Shown: positions 25,001 to 37,280, counted from the first letter of the whole stretch. The stretch is DNA of 63,033 bases, filler included, from Asterionella formosa (GCA_002256025.1; 19 parts of 19 records of this genome joined end to end with filler, not necessarily neighbours in it); one strand, 5' to 3'. The notes: generated by a model from the letters alone, not told the origin. Translations and numbers: made by a program.

Positions 25001-26592
25001 TGAACCCACATAAATTTCGGGGCAAACGAACAATATTTTGTATGCCTGATTAAAAAAATTCTGTAGCAACGACCACAATTATTGTTTGCAGCAATCAACT
25101 ATAATTTCTATGAAGAGCAAAGTAAAATGGCAATGCTATTGCAATTTTAATGTTGTTGTTATATCTATTCAAACTATATTTACTATATTTGACTAGCTAC
25201 TGCAACCAATATTAGTTGCAAAAATCGCTGAACAGCGGCATGCAGATTTAGAATCACTGCTCCACTTGCTTGTGTTGGCAACCTTCTATCAATTTTCTAG
25301 AAACAATCATCATAACACAACCTTGTCTTGAAGCAAAGCACAGTAAGCTGCTGTTTCAGTACCATCTGGTCTGTACTAGTCAGCCATGGATGATTGTTGG
25401 ATGAGAAGCATTTATTTCTGCAAGTAGTACAGAGAAAAATATGTTAGATTTGCGAAGTTGATTACAATGGCAAAGCGCACAGACCAATGAAACTTGGTTC
25501 ATACCTTATTTTATATTGGAGCTGTCAAAAAACATGTTTGTTTCTGATGAACAAGCTAGACAACTTTTGTGAGTGTTTGCAATGAACAAAAGGCAAGACA
25601 AATGAAATAACAATCAACATCATACCAAGACAAGCGCCAACAAAACAACCTTGACAGCAACCTCAATTCTTCTTTGAGTCTTGAATTTTCTTTCATGAGA
25701 AGCTGTAATTAAGAAAGGAGAAATGGATGTGAGAAGTAGAAGATCAGAAAGAGTTACAATCACATCAAACTGACCATGCCAAGGCAACCTTCATTATTGT
25801 GGAAATTTTATGTGGCGCAAGAAGAAGAATGATGATGATGATAATAGCTAGATTACCAGTCTATAATTAAATAATTAAATATGGGGGCAGTCAATTGTGC
25901 TCATTTACTAATACAATCTACCAGACTCCTGTAAAATGAACAGGCGAACAATACTGGTGCTGTCTGCGGTGTTGTCCAAGTGTAACATGAGGTCCTCCAA
26001 CAATCACAAGCACTTTCAACACATAGGCTATGCTAAAGAATAATTTACCATTTTAAATTGTCTGGTGATAACAAGAATCCATTGGAAACGAAGTGCCGAC
26101 TTTCTACCAACAAAATCATGGTAACCTTGATGTCAACTCAAATAAACCTTGATGAATAGAATGTGAACATTTATTCCCCTTCATGACTAGGTTAATATCT
26201 ATTTTTTCTAAATTTGTGGGTTTGCCCAGCTATAAAAATGAATTCGGTAGAACTCTTTCAAAAATGAAAATGAATTTGTTATGCAATGTTAAGGAAAATA
26301 TAGTAATACCCTAATAAAAGCACCTGGTCCACTGGACCAGGAGCTGATAATAATACTGTGTTTTAGGAGTAAGCATAGATAGCTGATCCTGTACTTGGAA
26401 TTCCAGCATTTTTGGTACTGTGGTCAGGTCTAGTTTCAGTCCCTGTTACATAACTGAGAGCATCCCCAGCAAAAAATCACTTGTATGTATAGCCAGTCTT
26501 TCAACTGCTACAAAAACTGATCTGCAGTAGCTACAAGTCTTGGAACAAACAATTCATGGGCATCACTTTCTTTATAACAAATTGCATTTTTG

Positions 26593-27708
26593 CTAAGTGG
26601 ACACACCAGTTTTGTTGACGGACAAAATTAGACTTTCCTGACTTGTCTGCCTGTGCCTTAGCCACATTCTGACCCACTGCAGTGCAAATGCACAGCCAAA
26701 ACTGTAGTACATTACAGTATTAAGTCTGCCAATCTTAACTTGTGCATGGTTTACATTAAAGACAAAGTCGAACTGAGCCTTGCATGTGCTGCAGTCCCCA
26801 TACATGGTATGGTATTGCCAGTGGTTACTGTCATCTTTATCAGGAGCAACATTTGGATCATAGTCAGCTCCTGAGTCGATCAAAGCCATTGTAGTTTGAT
26901 ATCTTGTTTCAAGACATGATTGCGATTTCTCTTTGGCTGTCTGAAAATCTTGGTTGCTGCATGATTGGTAGCATCCATTACAAATTGTTGTGTCGCAAAA
27001 GAAGCTGTCGACATACGCTAGACACTCCTTGTCCATATCCCCTGGGCAGCCCCATGCGCCACCCCAAGCAACTTGGATCAGACCAATGTTCGATGCCGAC
27101 ACACAGGCTGCACTGGACGTGTGTGTTTCAATTACATGGTTGTATGCGATTGTATTGGAGAAACCCACTATTCGCATGGGACCCAGGTATGAAATATTTG
27201 CAAGCGGAATCATAGCACTTGCATAGACTATTAGCGATATTGAGCCAGCAAGGAGTCCAGAGACAGCCGTCAACGCAACAGAGTGCATGGCTCGTGTTGA
27301 GATAAAATTTGTGGAATCGGAAGAGATGGGCTCACTTAAATAACAAGCTGTCATGATGGACATGCAAATTCCAAGAAAGAGCACGAGAAAACTGAGCTTC
27401 GCAACCCCCACGCATATCAACACTAGACAAAGCGTGATCAGGAGCGGTGGAAAATATAGGTTGATGACAGGATGAGTCGGCATCCTTGATTGATCCTCGG
27501 GCGCTTTAGAAGAAGTATATTGGTCCTCGTAAATCCCTTCAGTGTGTTGCATGGCTTCGTCTTGCTTGTTGTTGCGCTGCTCAATTCTGGAAACTTGTCG
27601 AGTCAGATTAACAATAAATAGAAGCGTCGAAAACAAAGCGCTCAGCATAAAACCAATTATTTGAATAACTCTGTATTCCTCAGCGGACATAAAGGGATGC
27701 GATGTCAT
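26593..27708 (-). CDS. Hypothetical multi-pass membrane protein with a Cys-rich loop
   Basis: 371-aa intact ORF with several hydrophobic helices and a Cys-rich segment 'AWGGAWGCPG...CDTTICNGC...YGDCSTC'. Family not recognised. Confidence 0.75.
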   Translation of the reverse strand: MTSHPFMSAEEYRVIQIIGFMLSALFSTLLFIVNLTRQVSRIEQRNNKQDEAMQHTEGIYEDQYTSSKAPEDQSRMPTHPVINLYFPPLLITLCLVLICVGVAKLSFLVLFLGICMSIMTACYLSEPISSDSTNFISTRAMHSVALTAVSGLLAGSISLIVYASAMIPLANISYLGPMRIVGFSNTIAYNHVIETHTSSAACVSASNIGLIQVAWGGAWGCPGDMDKECLAYVDSFFCDTTICNGCYQSCSNQDFQTAKEKSQSCLETRYQTTMALIDSGADYDPNVAPDKDDSNHWQYHTMYGDCSTCKAQFDFVFNVNHAQVKIGRLNTVMYYSFGCAFALQWVRMWLRHRQTSQESLILSVNKTGVST

Positions 27709-28029
27709 TGTCTTGAAGCGTATAACCGGTTCTAGGAGATGGCTGATGCAGTATTTATTTGGAGAGATGCAACATCAGAAGGGCTACAATTCTCGCTGTG
27801 CAACTGCCGGTTCGGTAATACGAGGTACCGGCCTGTAGATTAGGCAATGTTGAAGCCTCTCGTATGATGGCCTCGACTCGATCGTCTCTCTGACTAGGAT
27901 GTATGTGAACGACGACCCTGAGCAGAAGTATTTAACGCTGCTGATGGAAGTGGTTGTGGAACACGACCACCCGAACCTAAGTATGTACCACACATATATA
28001 TCAAATATTTAAGAATCCAACATAGGGTT

Positions 28030-28470
28030 ACAGGGTACCAGGTACCTGGTATCTCTGTGTCGTACTGGCATGAACGCATTATTACTATGATTGCCTGGTA
28101 CCTTTATGTACAGGTACACACAAACATAGTACAATTTCCCTTCATGACGACCAGAGGAAGAACCGGTTACAACCTGATTATGGTGGTGGGAGTACCAGGC
28201 TACCTGGTACTTGTTCCAGGTACTCACGGCTCTCAGGTGCTTTTGCTGTATAGACTACCGGTACGTCGTACAACAGCATTCTTCGGGAATGTTCTACACA
28301 TGGTACCAGGTACCAGGTACCTGGTAGTCTACCAGGGCATGTAGCCTTTTTGTACTTTCTATTAGCATTCATCACCACGTACATACCGAGTACCAGCTAA
28401 CAGGTAACGTCCAGGTAACTGGTTACCAGGAGTGCCTAGTACCAGGTAACCAAGTACCCGGGTACCAGCA
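28030..28470. repeat. Dense cluster of TACCAGGTA/TACCTGGTA/TACCGGTA motifs
   Basis: Many overlapping copies. Similar clusters at ~1100-1135, 9330-9460, 17545-17680, 23118-23150, 34340-34560, 42530-42665 and 44540-44562. Confidence 0.85.
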
Positions 28471-28680
28471 GGCACTCCTCCGCCCATCACTCAGGTAAAA
28501 AAGGAATGCATCCTGAGGCCGGCCTGATTCTTGTTAGTTAAAAAGAAGGAACATTAAAATTGAAATTATAACGGTTCGATAACGTGTCTTCCAGGGTGTG
28601 CAACCTTGTACAGAGTAACATTTTGACACTTCGCTCCTTCAAAATCCAAACGACTCTTTATCCAACGTTCAACTTTCACC

Positions 28681-30276
28681 ATGGCGAAGAAAAAGCGCCC
28701 TAACAAACAGCAGCAGCTTACCAGCAATGCAGTAACGTGGCAGATGTATGCTTGTGCTATGGTTGCGGCTGTCGGGATTCTTTTTGCCATCCGAGAACCA
28801 AGCACTGCAAAAAGGACAAGGAGTCCTGCTGACTACGACGAGCTGATGAGCCAATGCACCTTGGTCATGGCCAATTCCTCTATCCTAAATTCTGGATGGG
28901 GTATGTTTTCTCTTGTTGATCTCCCTTATGGGTCGCAGGTAACTCACGGCGATCCCATTATTCAGATTCCGGACTTGGAGTCCACATTTGCAAAGGATGT
29001 TTCTCATTTTCTTCATCGGTACGCTTGGAATGCTGAAATGACAGGAGGGCTCTCAGAAGGAAAAGTTGTGTATTCTGCTTTGCCAGGTACCGGATCTTTG
29101 GCGAATGGCCATCCTACTCTATGGAATTCAGCTCCGGGAAGGCCTCAGGTCGATGCCGGTGGTCTTGTACGATCTCAGTCCCCTGGGGCAGGAAGCATCA
29201 CTCACTACCACAACTTTTCCTTTTTTGTTCACCGTGCATTGAAAGCCGGCCAAGAAATCTTGGTAAATTATGGCAGTGGATGGGACAACAAGATTTCGAG
29301 TGAAGGAGATTCTGTTACCTCGTCCGAACACCAACTTCGACGGGATGGACTTTGCTTGGATCACATCCGACCAGGTACTTCAACCATACCACATGCTGGT
29401 CGCGGCGCATTAGCCACTCGCAGCATCAAAAAAGGTCAATTCATAGCCCCTGTCCCTCTAATGCCGATTATGGGCCGCCAAGTCTTGAAGGATAGACACG
29501 GAAACAATCAGCTCTTTGTTAACTACTTATTTGGGCACAAGAACTCCTCTATCCTCTTCTTTCCTTATTCACCGATTGTGAATCTAATCAATCATGGCGA
29601 TGTACCCAATGCAGTCTTGAGGTGGTCCAACTCAACTCTTCATTATGGAAAGCACTTCCTAGACCTAGGTTTGGATGCTCTTAGGACCACTGATCCATCT
29701 GGTTTGTTACTTGAAATTGTTGCCCTTCGTGAAATTGCGCAAGGCGACGAGATTCTGTTAGATTACGGCAAGGACTGGAAAAATGCCTGGAAAAGCCATG
29801 TTGAGAAATGGAATCCCCCAGAAAGTGCCTCTTCTTACATTTATCCTCATACCATGGATGTTGCTGGTTCTATTCTTAGGACAAAAAAGGAGCTTGCAAC
29901 CAATCCGTACCCACCAAACATCGAAACTTATTGTTACTATCGATACAGTGACAATCATGGCAAGACAAATCCCCACTGGATCAACAAACCAGGTGTCCTA
30001 GAAATTCGAAATTTGAGACCTTGTGTAGTCATTGCACGAAACGATGATACAATGGAATACTATGTGCAGATGTTCAATCGAAAATCACTCGTCCAAAGCA
30101 AAGATGCAGAAACAATCCCTGACTCAGAGGTCCATCTTGTTTCAAATGTCCCTCGAACAGCCATTCGACTTGCAGACAGAACCTACTCATCAGATCAGCA
30201 TATGAGAGGAGCCTTTCGCCACGAGATTGCTTTTCCTGACAGCATTTTCCCAATGAAGTGGCAAGATTTGTCCTGA
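28681..30276 (+). CDS. Tandem SET-domain protein with N-terminal signal anchor (diatom-type)
   Basis: Two SET-like halves: 'SSILNSGWGMF...LANGHP...GQEILVNYG' and 'STIPHAGRGALATRSI...LINHG...GDEILLDYG'. Hydrophobic segment at residues ~19-38. Confidence 0.85.
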   Translation: MAKKKRPNKQQQLTSNAVTWQMYACAMVAAVGILFAIREPSTAKRTRSPADYDELMSQCTLVMANSSILNSGWGMFSLVDLPYGSQVTHGDPIIQIPDLESTFAKDVSHFLHRYAWNAEMTGGLSEGKVVYSALPGTGSLANGHPTLWNSAPGRPQVDAGGLVRSQSPGAGSITHYHNFSFFVHRALKAGQEILVNYGSGWDNKISSEGDSVTSSEHQLRRDGLCLDHIRPGTSTIPHAGRGALATRSIKKGQFIAPVPLMPIMGRQVLKDRHGNNQLFVNYLFGHKNSSILFFPYSPIVNLINHGDVPNAVLRWSNSTLHYGKHFLDLGLDALRTTDPSGLLLEIVALREIAQGDEILLDYGKDWKNAWKSHVEKWNPPESASSYIYPHTMDVAGSILRTKKELATNPYPPNIETYCYYRYSDNHGKTNPHWINKPGVLEIRNLRPCVVIARNDDTMEYYVQMFNRKSLVQSKDAETIPDSEVHLVSNVPRTAIRLADRTYSSDQHMRGAFRHEIAFPDSIFPMKWQDLS

Positions 30277-30624
30277 CTTGCAGGAGTATAGTTAATCAAC
30301 ATGCGATTTTTTAATGTATCTGTGTCGTATTTTGACGGGCCGAAATCATCATGTCCCAAGCAAGACAAGGTTCTCTTTTGTTAGGGAGATCCATAAGACT
30401 TTCGTCCGCCATTTTATTGTGCAATAATCCAAGCCTAGTTACAAATTCACTCCCAAGGTACTCTACCAGTAATCAGTGTATTTGCACAACATTATCATTG
30501 TGTTTTCCAATAGGAGTATTTTAATGATCCCCATTTAGCCAGATTATGGCTGAGTGGTAAAGCAAATTGCCTTGATCTGAAGTCGTCTGCTTGGTGTCCA
30601 AGAAATATTTAATTCTATAATTTT

Positions 30625-30772
30625 GTTCACATAATTTTATAAATTCATTCACATAACTTTCTGAAAATCATTCAACTAATTTTCTAAAGATCGTTCAACC
30701 TTAATATTTGACGATTGGCATTCAACTAGTTATCTGATGTTTGTTCAACTTATATTCTGAAGTTTGTTCAAC
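30625..30772. repeat. Degenerate ~22-bp tandem array (TTCACATAATT/TTCAACTAATT core)
   Basis: Same core as the 58849-59015 array. Confidence 0.55.
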
Positions 30773-32265
30773 TGTGGGGCTACTCAACAAGCATTTGAGA
30801 AGTCTCAAGGTACTGAATATGCAGAGTCTCTACATCTTGCAAAAAAGAATATTCAAATCAGATTATTATTGGTTATAATCGTCACAATGATCAGGATGGA
30901 GTACTAGACATGGTGGAATATCACATTGATAGCTTACTGGCTTTTCTATCTCAGTGCATGATGTTTTCACTTTAGGAACTGAATTTAGGTCCAATGCAGC
31001 CTTGTGGTGAACCTATTGTAATTTTTCTTAGACAAGATGAATCTATATTCAAGCCTTTTCTCTTCCTAACATGTGGACGCTTTCAAATGGTAAATGTCCA
31101 CTCCTACTAGTACCTAAGGAGGAGGAGGCTGGCTGCAGGAGTCATGATATGTCCCTTTATCACAAGAGAGCTCATTGTTGTACTACGAGAAATTGATCTT
31201 ATCACTTGTATATACTATCAGACAAGGAACTGAATATGCAGATGAAGGTGAACTATCTCTAGATGTTTATGGCTACAAGTTTAAAAGGCCACTCTCAAGC
31301 TCTCACTTCCTTAACAAGGATGGTTACCTGGAACTACATTCACATGATGCTCCAGGTTGAAAATGTGATTGATGTTCTAGCAGTTAAGTTCCATATGTTC
31401 CAATTTTTTACTCTTCGCTGACCATTCTTCAGGACTTTCCAAGAAGCAGCATCTGGATGGCCTAAAAGCATGTCATACCCCCAACAGCCAACACTTTAGA
31501 AAGAAGGAAGAAATCTTGGGCCACTTGAGTATATTCTACAATCTGACCAGGTCCAACATTTGAATTATCAAACTTTGGAACTTACCCCATTTGGATGTCT
31601 CCCAAGGCAAAAGAAAGCAGCTGACATGATTTTTTGGAAGTGTTCACTAGAGTTGACAATGATTGGAACTTTAGCAGGAGGTGAAAACAAGCTAATAGCA
31701 TAAAGGAATAATAAAAAGGAGCTAAGACTTTTGTGCACACAGCTTGACCTTTCAATTTCTAAGATTGTTCAAGCTAGATATCACTTCATAGCTTTTATCA
31801 TCAAGACTTATGCTGCTTGAATTCTTCACTTTTCTCCAGCAATCTGCAACTTTTTCTAACTTTGATGTTTTTGAAACCAACCCATTCACCATGATTCTGC
31901 ATTGCAACTACCTTGACAACAATGCATCCTTCCAACAGAGGCCCTGTATTCCACATCACCATCAACATCCTCTCTGCTTGAAAAATTGTTGGTAATTGAT
32001 GATTTGAAAAGTCTTGAAGGACTTCAATGAAAAGACCCCAAACCCCATCAAGGAACTATTTCTTGATCTTATTTCCAATGATGCCAGTGCTGACCCTGCA
32101 TACCTACGATTTTTATCTCCATGGGCCATGATGGCATGAGGTTGATCAATTCTAGGGAAGGCCATGCATTTGTTAATTGGCCACTTTTCTAATTTACTGC
32201 TTTTTATCCATGTGAACAAAAGATTTTTGTGAAAGATTGGCCAATCAAGCAAATAATGAATGTAT

Positions 32266-34272
32266 TCAACCAGCTGCTTTAGATAATATTGGGCCTTGTT
32301 CATCGAATAGGGATTTTGCAGATTTGTAGACTGATAAATCCATTATATGTTGAGCCAACAAGACATTAAAACCACTTGGATCCTCCAAATTGTAGTCCTC
32401 GCTGACTCTGTATATTGGGGAAAAAGAATTCCAGACTTCCTGATGGCAAATTGCTATCTCGGTTGCAACACCACCTGCATACCAAGAAAAGTATTGCTCA
32501 AATCGTTTCAATGATAAAGCAAATTGATCATACAAGCCAACCAACATTTTATCTCTTATGATTCGCTGGGCCTTCTCGACATCACGTTTTTCTAATGGAT
32601 CCTCTGGGCTAAGCCCCATGATTCCTCTTGTCAAGGGATTGTTCTCAGAGTAGGCAGGGTTGTTGGCAAACTGACTCAATGTCATCTTCTTATTCCCTGT
32701 TGTTACCTTCGCCTGCTCATATCGATTAAATGCACGTTCCATGGGATCTCGAAAGACAACAAGGAGTCTGCCGAAGACATCTGGAATGTCACTGGCCTTG
32801 AGTGGTTTGAAAATCTTGCCGATATCATGAAGGAGAGGTGAATATGCAATATCAGCGGTATGGGATGATGTAAATCCCAGCCTTGCTGCCCTAGCAATTC
32901 CATTAACTGAAAATAGATCAACATTAACATAGCGACGACCAGAAAGTGATACCACACTTAGAGACTGCAAACACGAGAAATTTCAAAGATTGTGTTAGAC
33001 AAATGCATTGAGAAATACGGAACAAACAAATCATCTCATGCACTGTATACCTACATCTTCATGCCATTTATTGCTATTAGTACCGCCAACATCAAACTTC
33101 ATTCCATTTCCTGCCTGAACCTTGCCCAAGCAACGACCAAATGTCTCTTCCAGGATGTCGCCGCCACTCAAAGGAAAGGTCCAAAGTATAGGCAATTCGA
33201 AGTTGTGTCCTGTATATGGAATGGTCCACTTGAGGAAAGCATGATCAAGTGGTGAGGTTGATGCATCAATGGCAGGCCTATTGCCTTGTCCATTTCCAAT
33301 TGGTGAGGGCGGAGACGTTCCAGAATTTGGGTCATTTCCTGGTGCCGGAGCTACTGTTATTAAAGGTTGAACCTCAAAAGGACCAATGTTTGCTGCAAAG
33401 AATGAACATGTTGCCACAAGTCCCAACACGGAAATGGCCGTCGCGACTTGCATGAGTTTACTCATTTTGGTAGATTTGTCCTCGTGGTAATTGACATTGA
33501 AAAATTCTTCATAGTTTGGAAAAGAACTGGTATCCGATATTCCCTCACTCTTGGATTTGACTTGGTGTAGAAATCCGTCCATACTTACTTCGACTTCACG
33601 GCTGAAAGTCTTGCGGCCACCACGGTACCCTGGGCGCTGCATCAAGCCTGTTACAAGCGATTCTGTGCCGTAGAGTGAGGCTTCGTCGACCTGAACTTCT
33701 TGGGAGGACTCCTCGTCTTCGTCTTCCTCATAAATTGTAGTGGTCTTAACCTTAGGTTTGACACTGTAGGATGCGTAAGTGGCAATAGTTTGGTCATCTT
33801 GATGCCCGTTGGCCTTGCCTTCGAAAATATCGTTGGTTCGCAGGGAGACATTGTCCTGGTACATCTTTTCATGATCGACTCGAGGAATTGAATGTACCGA
33901 TGTCGACTTTCCAGTGTCCTTTCTTTGTTGCAGTGGCGAGTCGTCTGGATCGCCTGCTTCAGGTGGTACATTGACCGTAGACTGGAGTGCATTGTGTACC
34001 TCCACAACCTGTATGTATTCAGGACTTACAGGTACGAGCGCTTGGGAAAAGCTTTGATTATGGTCATCTTCCAAGTGCACGACAGTCCCACGGCTATCGC
34101 TGAGAAGATTTCGGCCTTGATCTTCCCAGTTCTGAGAGAGGTTGAAGTCGCCCTGCTCAAGCAACACGTTGGTATTTCCAGCAGCTACAAGCGCATCAGC
34201 GTCCACCACCAAGTCACCTGTAATTGACACTGAAACCTCTTGATCTATGGTGTCTGTCTCGTAAACCACCAT
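32266..34272 (-). CDS. Type II membrane protein with C-terminal sulfotransferase-like domain, paralog A; exons 34272-33055 and 32964-32266
   Basis: A phase-0 intron (33054-32965, GTAGGT...TTGCAG) joins two ORFs. Acidic disordered N-terminus, one TM, then 'PILWTFPLSGG', 'YVNVD', 'FRDPMERA', 'ENNPLTR', 'MLVGL'. Start may be 34293. Confidence 0.8.
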
Positions 34273-35066
34273 GCTGTCATGAAAATTTATCATGTAGTGA
34301 TGGCACCTGTGGCAACACGGGGAGACATTGGGAATACCAGCTACCGGTATGTAATGTTGCCATAAAAAAAAACATACCGGTATGCAACAAACAAACCAAA
34401 TACCGGTAAGTATGTTGGAGTCGTAGTCCTCGGAGTATTGTACGTTCTGGCTGGTACCCGGTACCAGGTACCAGGGTAGCGGGAAGACCCCAATTCTTCC
34501 TTGTAACCCATTTTGGTGCCAGGGTACCAGGTACCCTGGTCGCTGCGGCACCTGATACCGAACCAACATACCCCTGATTCTAAATAGAAAGACCAATTAA
34601 TTAATTAATTAATTCATGTATACAAGAGGATGTTGGGACCATATCAACAGTCATCAAACCCCTGATTTTAAATAGAAAAGACTTAAGGATGATGTTGTGA
34701 CCATATTCGCGGGCATTTTCTCGTGGTCTAAAAAGGGTTTTATCATACCGCAACGTCCCAAATGACTGACTCCACAGGTACACCGGCGAAAAACACCTTA
34801 GTGTAGCTACTATCATCCCATAGTATCATGAAGTATGAAGTGACAGTTTTATTAGGTACATCATAGAGAGACGCACGCGTACGCACAAAAATATACCTAT
34901 TTATACTGCTTTTGTTATACCAGGTATGTTAAATATATATTCTACATGGCGCGATCTGGAAAATAGCATCCCTAATTGCCATCCCTCCTTTTTATTGCCT
35001 ACTCGTTACAACCGATGTCTGAAGGCACTGGACCAGTTTTATTCTCGTTGTAAAAGAGTGAGAGCC

Positions 35067-37280
35067 ATGTCATTGCGGCCAAGCGATGTGACGGACGAGG
35101 ATGACAATGTCGCCACGAAAAGGTCCTCCCTGCAAGAATCGCGTGATTCGTTCCATCAACCTTCTATGCTTCGAACGGCCTTGGAATCCAGCCACGAGGA
35201 CATGTCCCTGATCTATTTGGCTGAAGGCACCAGGAGTCGAGCGTCGGCCTACCCCGTCATGAAAAGAGAGGAAGATTTGTCGACCTTCGATGGGCCGGAT
35301 CACTACTTGAAGCAAGGATATCCTATTATTGCTCCCCCTGAACCACCTCCGGTGAGCGAGCCCGAACCAGCAAAGATTCAACCAGAAGAGACTCCTTGGT
35401 ACCAATCTCCACTGGAATACATCTTTGGAGGAAGCAACGATGACGACGATGATGTTAGTACAATATACGGAGACTATGATGAGCCGCCGGTCCGCACTGC
35501 ACGGGCTCCTTCTAACGCACCCCGAAGCGGCCCTGTCGTGGAAACTGTTTATGAAGAAGAAGAAGAATCGTCGACGGCAAATAATGGATCTTCAGTGGAC
35601 GACAGAAGTCGTGCTTCCTCTCGAGGAAGCCTAGCCTACAAGGCACATTCTTCCGAAACTACATCCTCGAATACCGGTAGTCGATCCAAATCTTCCTCGA
35701 ACCTTGACGCTAGTATGGCCCGGGGAAAACAGTCATTAAAGGCAGATGCGTCAATGCAGCAGAACCCTTGGAGTCAAGGTGAGAGCGATGGTATCATGAA
35801 GATAGCCTCTGCGAGGGACGCTTCATCGCGTTCTTGGCAAATGACTCGGTCGACCAATCTTAGCAAATCCACACGCCGGTCATCTAGTAGGAGCACTACT
35901 AGTGGTTCTGTACTTCCGATTAACCCTCAAGTGATCGAATTTAGGAAAGGAGGTCCTATGCTGACCATGGGCATGTCAGGACGGGCAGTCCTTCACGTTA
36001 ACATGGAGCACAGCAACGATGGTACCATCCGCTCACTGGAATACACGACTCCATTGGTGCCGGGCATTGAATTCGGCCACGACAGTGATGGCCATTTATC
36101 AAGGTTGTTGAACGATGGCACGGGCAGGATTGGAAGCAACGAGTTTGTATCATGGTATGACTACTACTATTATCGGAACAAGCTTTTGCGTCTCTGCCAC
36201 TCCCGCCAGTGCTTCCGTGTCAATGCCCTTCTCATCTTGTGTTTTGCTATGATAGTCACGGTTGGTCTTTCCATCACGAAAATTCTCGGTGGCAGTAGAA
36301 ATTCTGTTCCACCGACGCAATCTCCCAACGGAAAGCCCAACGGAAAGCCTGACGGCAGTTTGAGCGATTTGCAACCACCACCCGCTTTCGCTGTCACTGT
36401 ACCCTCAGTGATTGACAAGAATATTGATGATTGGTTTCATAAAGATGGTAGCTACAGTTTCAACAAGGATACTGTTCCCTTTTTCTTTCACGTCCCCATG
36501 GCTGGCGCCTTGATAGCGGTTGACAATTGGGGAGGTTGTCTTGGTTTCACGATTGCCTCCGATGTTGGACGCGTCGAAGCGAATGAATCGAAACTAAAGT
36601 CGATTCAAGTATTTGGCCGCTCATTCATTAATGTCGACACCACGTCAGTCAAAGGTATTGCTCGTGCCAAGAAATTAAATTTGGTGCCAAGTGGCCTTCC
36701 TGATGTAATTATTTCTCCACTGTTTCTTCAAGTCGTCCAAGAACTCTATTCGAAACAAAGAACAGCCAAATTGATTGTCACTCTCCGACACCCTGTTCAA
36801 CGTGTGGTTGCTTTGTATAATTACATCACCAAGATACCCGGAGCTAATCCCAAGTTGGCTAAAATGTCTTTGGATGAATACGTACTTAGCAAGTACATAG
36901 AAAACAACTACATGACTCGTCTCTTAACCAACAAACCCGGTGGGACATTAACGTCACAAGACTTGAATCTTGCCAAGGAGATCCTTCGTCGCAAGGCTAT
37001 TGTTGGCCTCTACGAAGACTTGGAAAAGTCTATTGAACACATTAACAAATACTTCTCATGGACCCCCCTCTCACCCAACGCCATTCAGTGCCAAACTCGA
37101 AGCGTTACCGAGGATCTGAAAAAGGAAATGCAACCTCAGTTGGACGCAGGATCTACTGCCTACACGCTGATTATCAATCAGAATCAATTTGATTTGCGAT
37201 TATTTGAATATGCGAGTATTGTGCTACTGCCATATCAGCATGAGGTACTTGCAAGGCAAATGGCTCAGGCCACATCCTAG
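35067..37280 (+). CDS. Type II membrane protein with C-terminal sulfotransferase-like domain, paralog B
   Basis: Ser-rich disordered N-terminus, one TM, then 'PFFFHVPMAGA', 'FINVD', 'LRHPVQRV', 'ENNYMTR', 'AIVGL'. The ORF is open from 34926; 35067 is the likelier start. Confidence 0.82.
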   Translation: MSLRPSDVTDEDDNVATKRSSLQESRDSFHQPSMLRTALESSHEDMSLIYLAEGTRSRASAYPVMKREEDLSTFDGPDHYLKQGYPIIAPPEPPPVSEPEPAKIQPEETPWYQSPLEYIFGGSNDDDDDVSTIYGDYDEPPVRTARAPSNAPRSGPVVETVYEEEEESSTANNGSSVDDRSRASSRGSLAYKAHSSETTSSNTGSRSKSSSNLDASMARGKQSLKADASMQQNPWSQGESDGIMKIASARDASSRSWQMTRSTNLSKSTRRSSSRSTTSGSVLPINPQVIEFRKGGPMLTMGMSGRAVLHVNMEHSNDGTIRSLEYTTPLVPGIEFGHDSDGHLSRLLNDGTGRIGSNEFVSWYDYYYYRNKLLRLCHSRQCFRVNALLILCFAMIVTVGLSITKILGGSRNSVPPTQSPNGKPNGKPDGSLSDLQPPPAFAVTVPSVIDKNIDDWFHKDGSYSFNKDTVPFFFHVPMAGALIAVDNWGGCLGFTIASDVGRVEANESKLKSIQVFGRSFINVDTTSVKGIARAKKLNLVPSGLPDVIISPLFLQVVQELYSKQRTAKLIVTLRHPVQRVVALYNYITKIPGANPKLAKMSLDEYVLSKYIENNYMTRLLTNKPGGTLTSQDLNLAKEILRRKAIVGLYEDLEKSIEHINKYFSWTPLSPNAIQCQTRSVTEDLKKEMQPQLDAGSTAYTLIINQNQFDLRLFEYASIVLLPYQHEVLARQMAQATS

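Noticed and set aside
16500..26500. Possible coding relics at ~16500-17350, 20440-21420 and 24400-26200 (also 31000-32250 and 50300-50980)
   Set aside because: They look like decayed coding or transposon DNA, but I could not assign any domain with confidence.
30535..30600. tRNA-like A box (TGGCTGAGTGG)
   Set aside because: No B box or cloverleaf recognisable.
34294..34596. N-terminal extension of the 521-aa ORF (YLVPGT-type peptides)
   Set aside because: Translation of TACCWGGTA motif clusters. The same applies to small ORFs at 1032, 17503, 22984 and 27894-28384.
34595..34614. TTAATTAATTAA without Ns as a hidden contig join
   Set aside because: No flanking Ns and it lies inside a ~20-kb contig, so probably a natural microsatellite. 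Not fully excluded.
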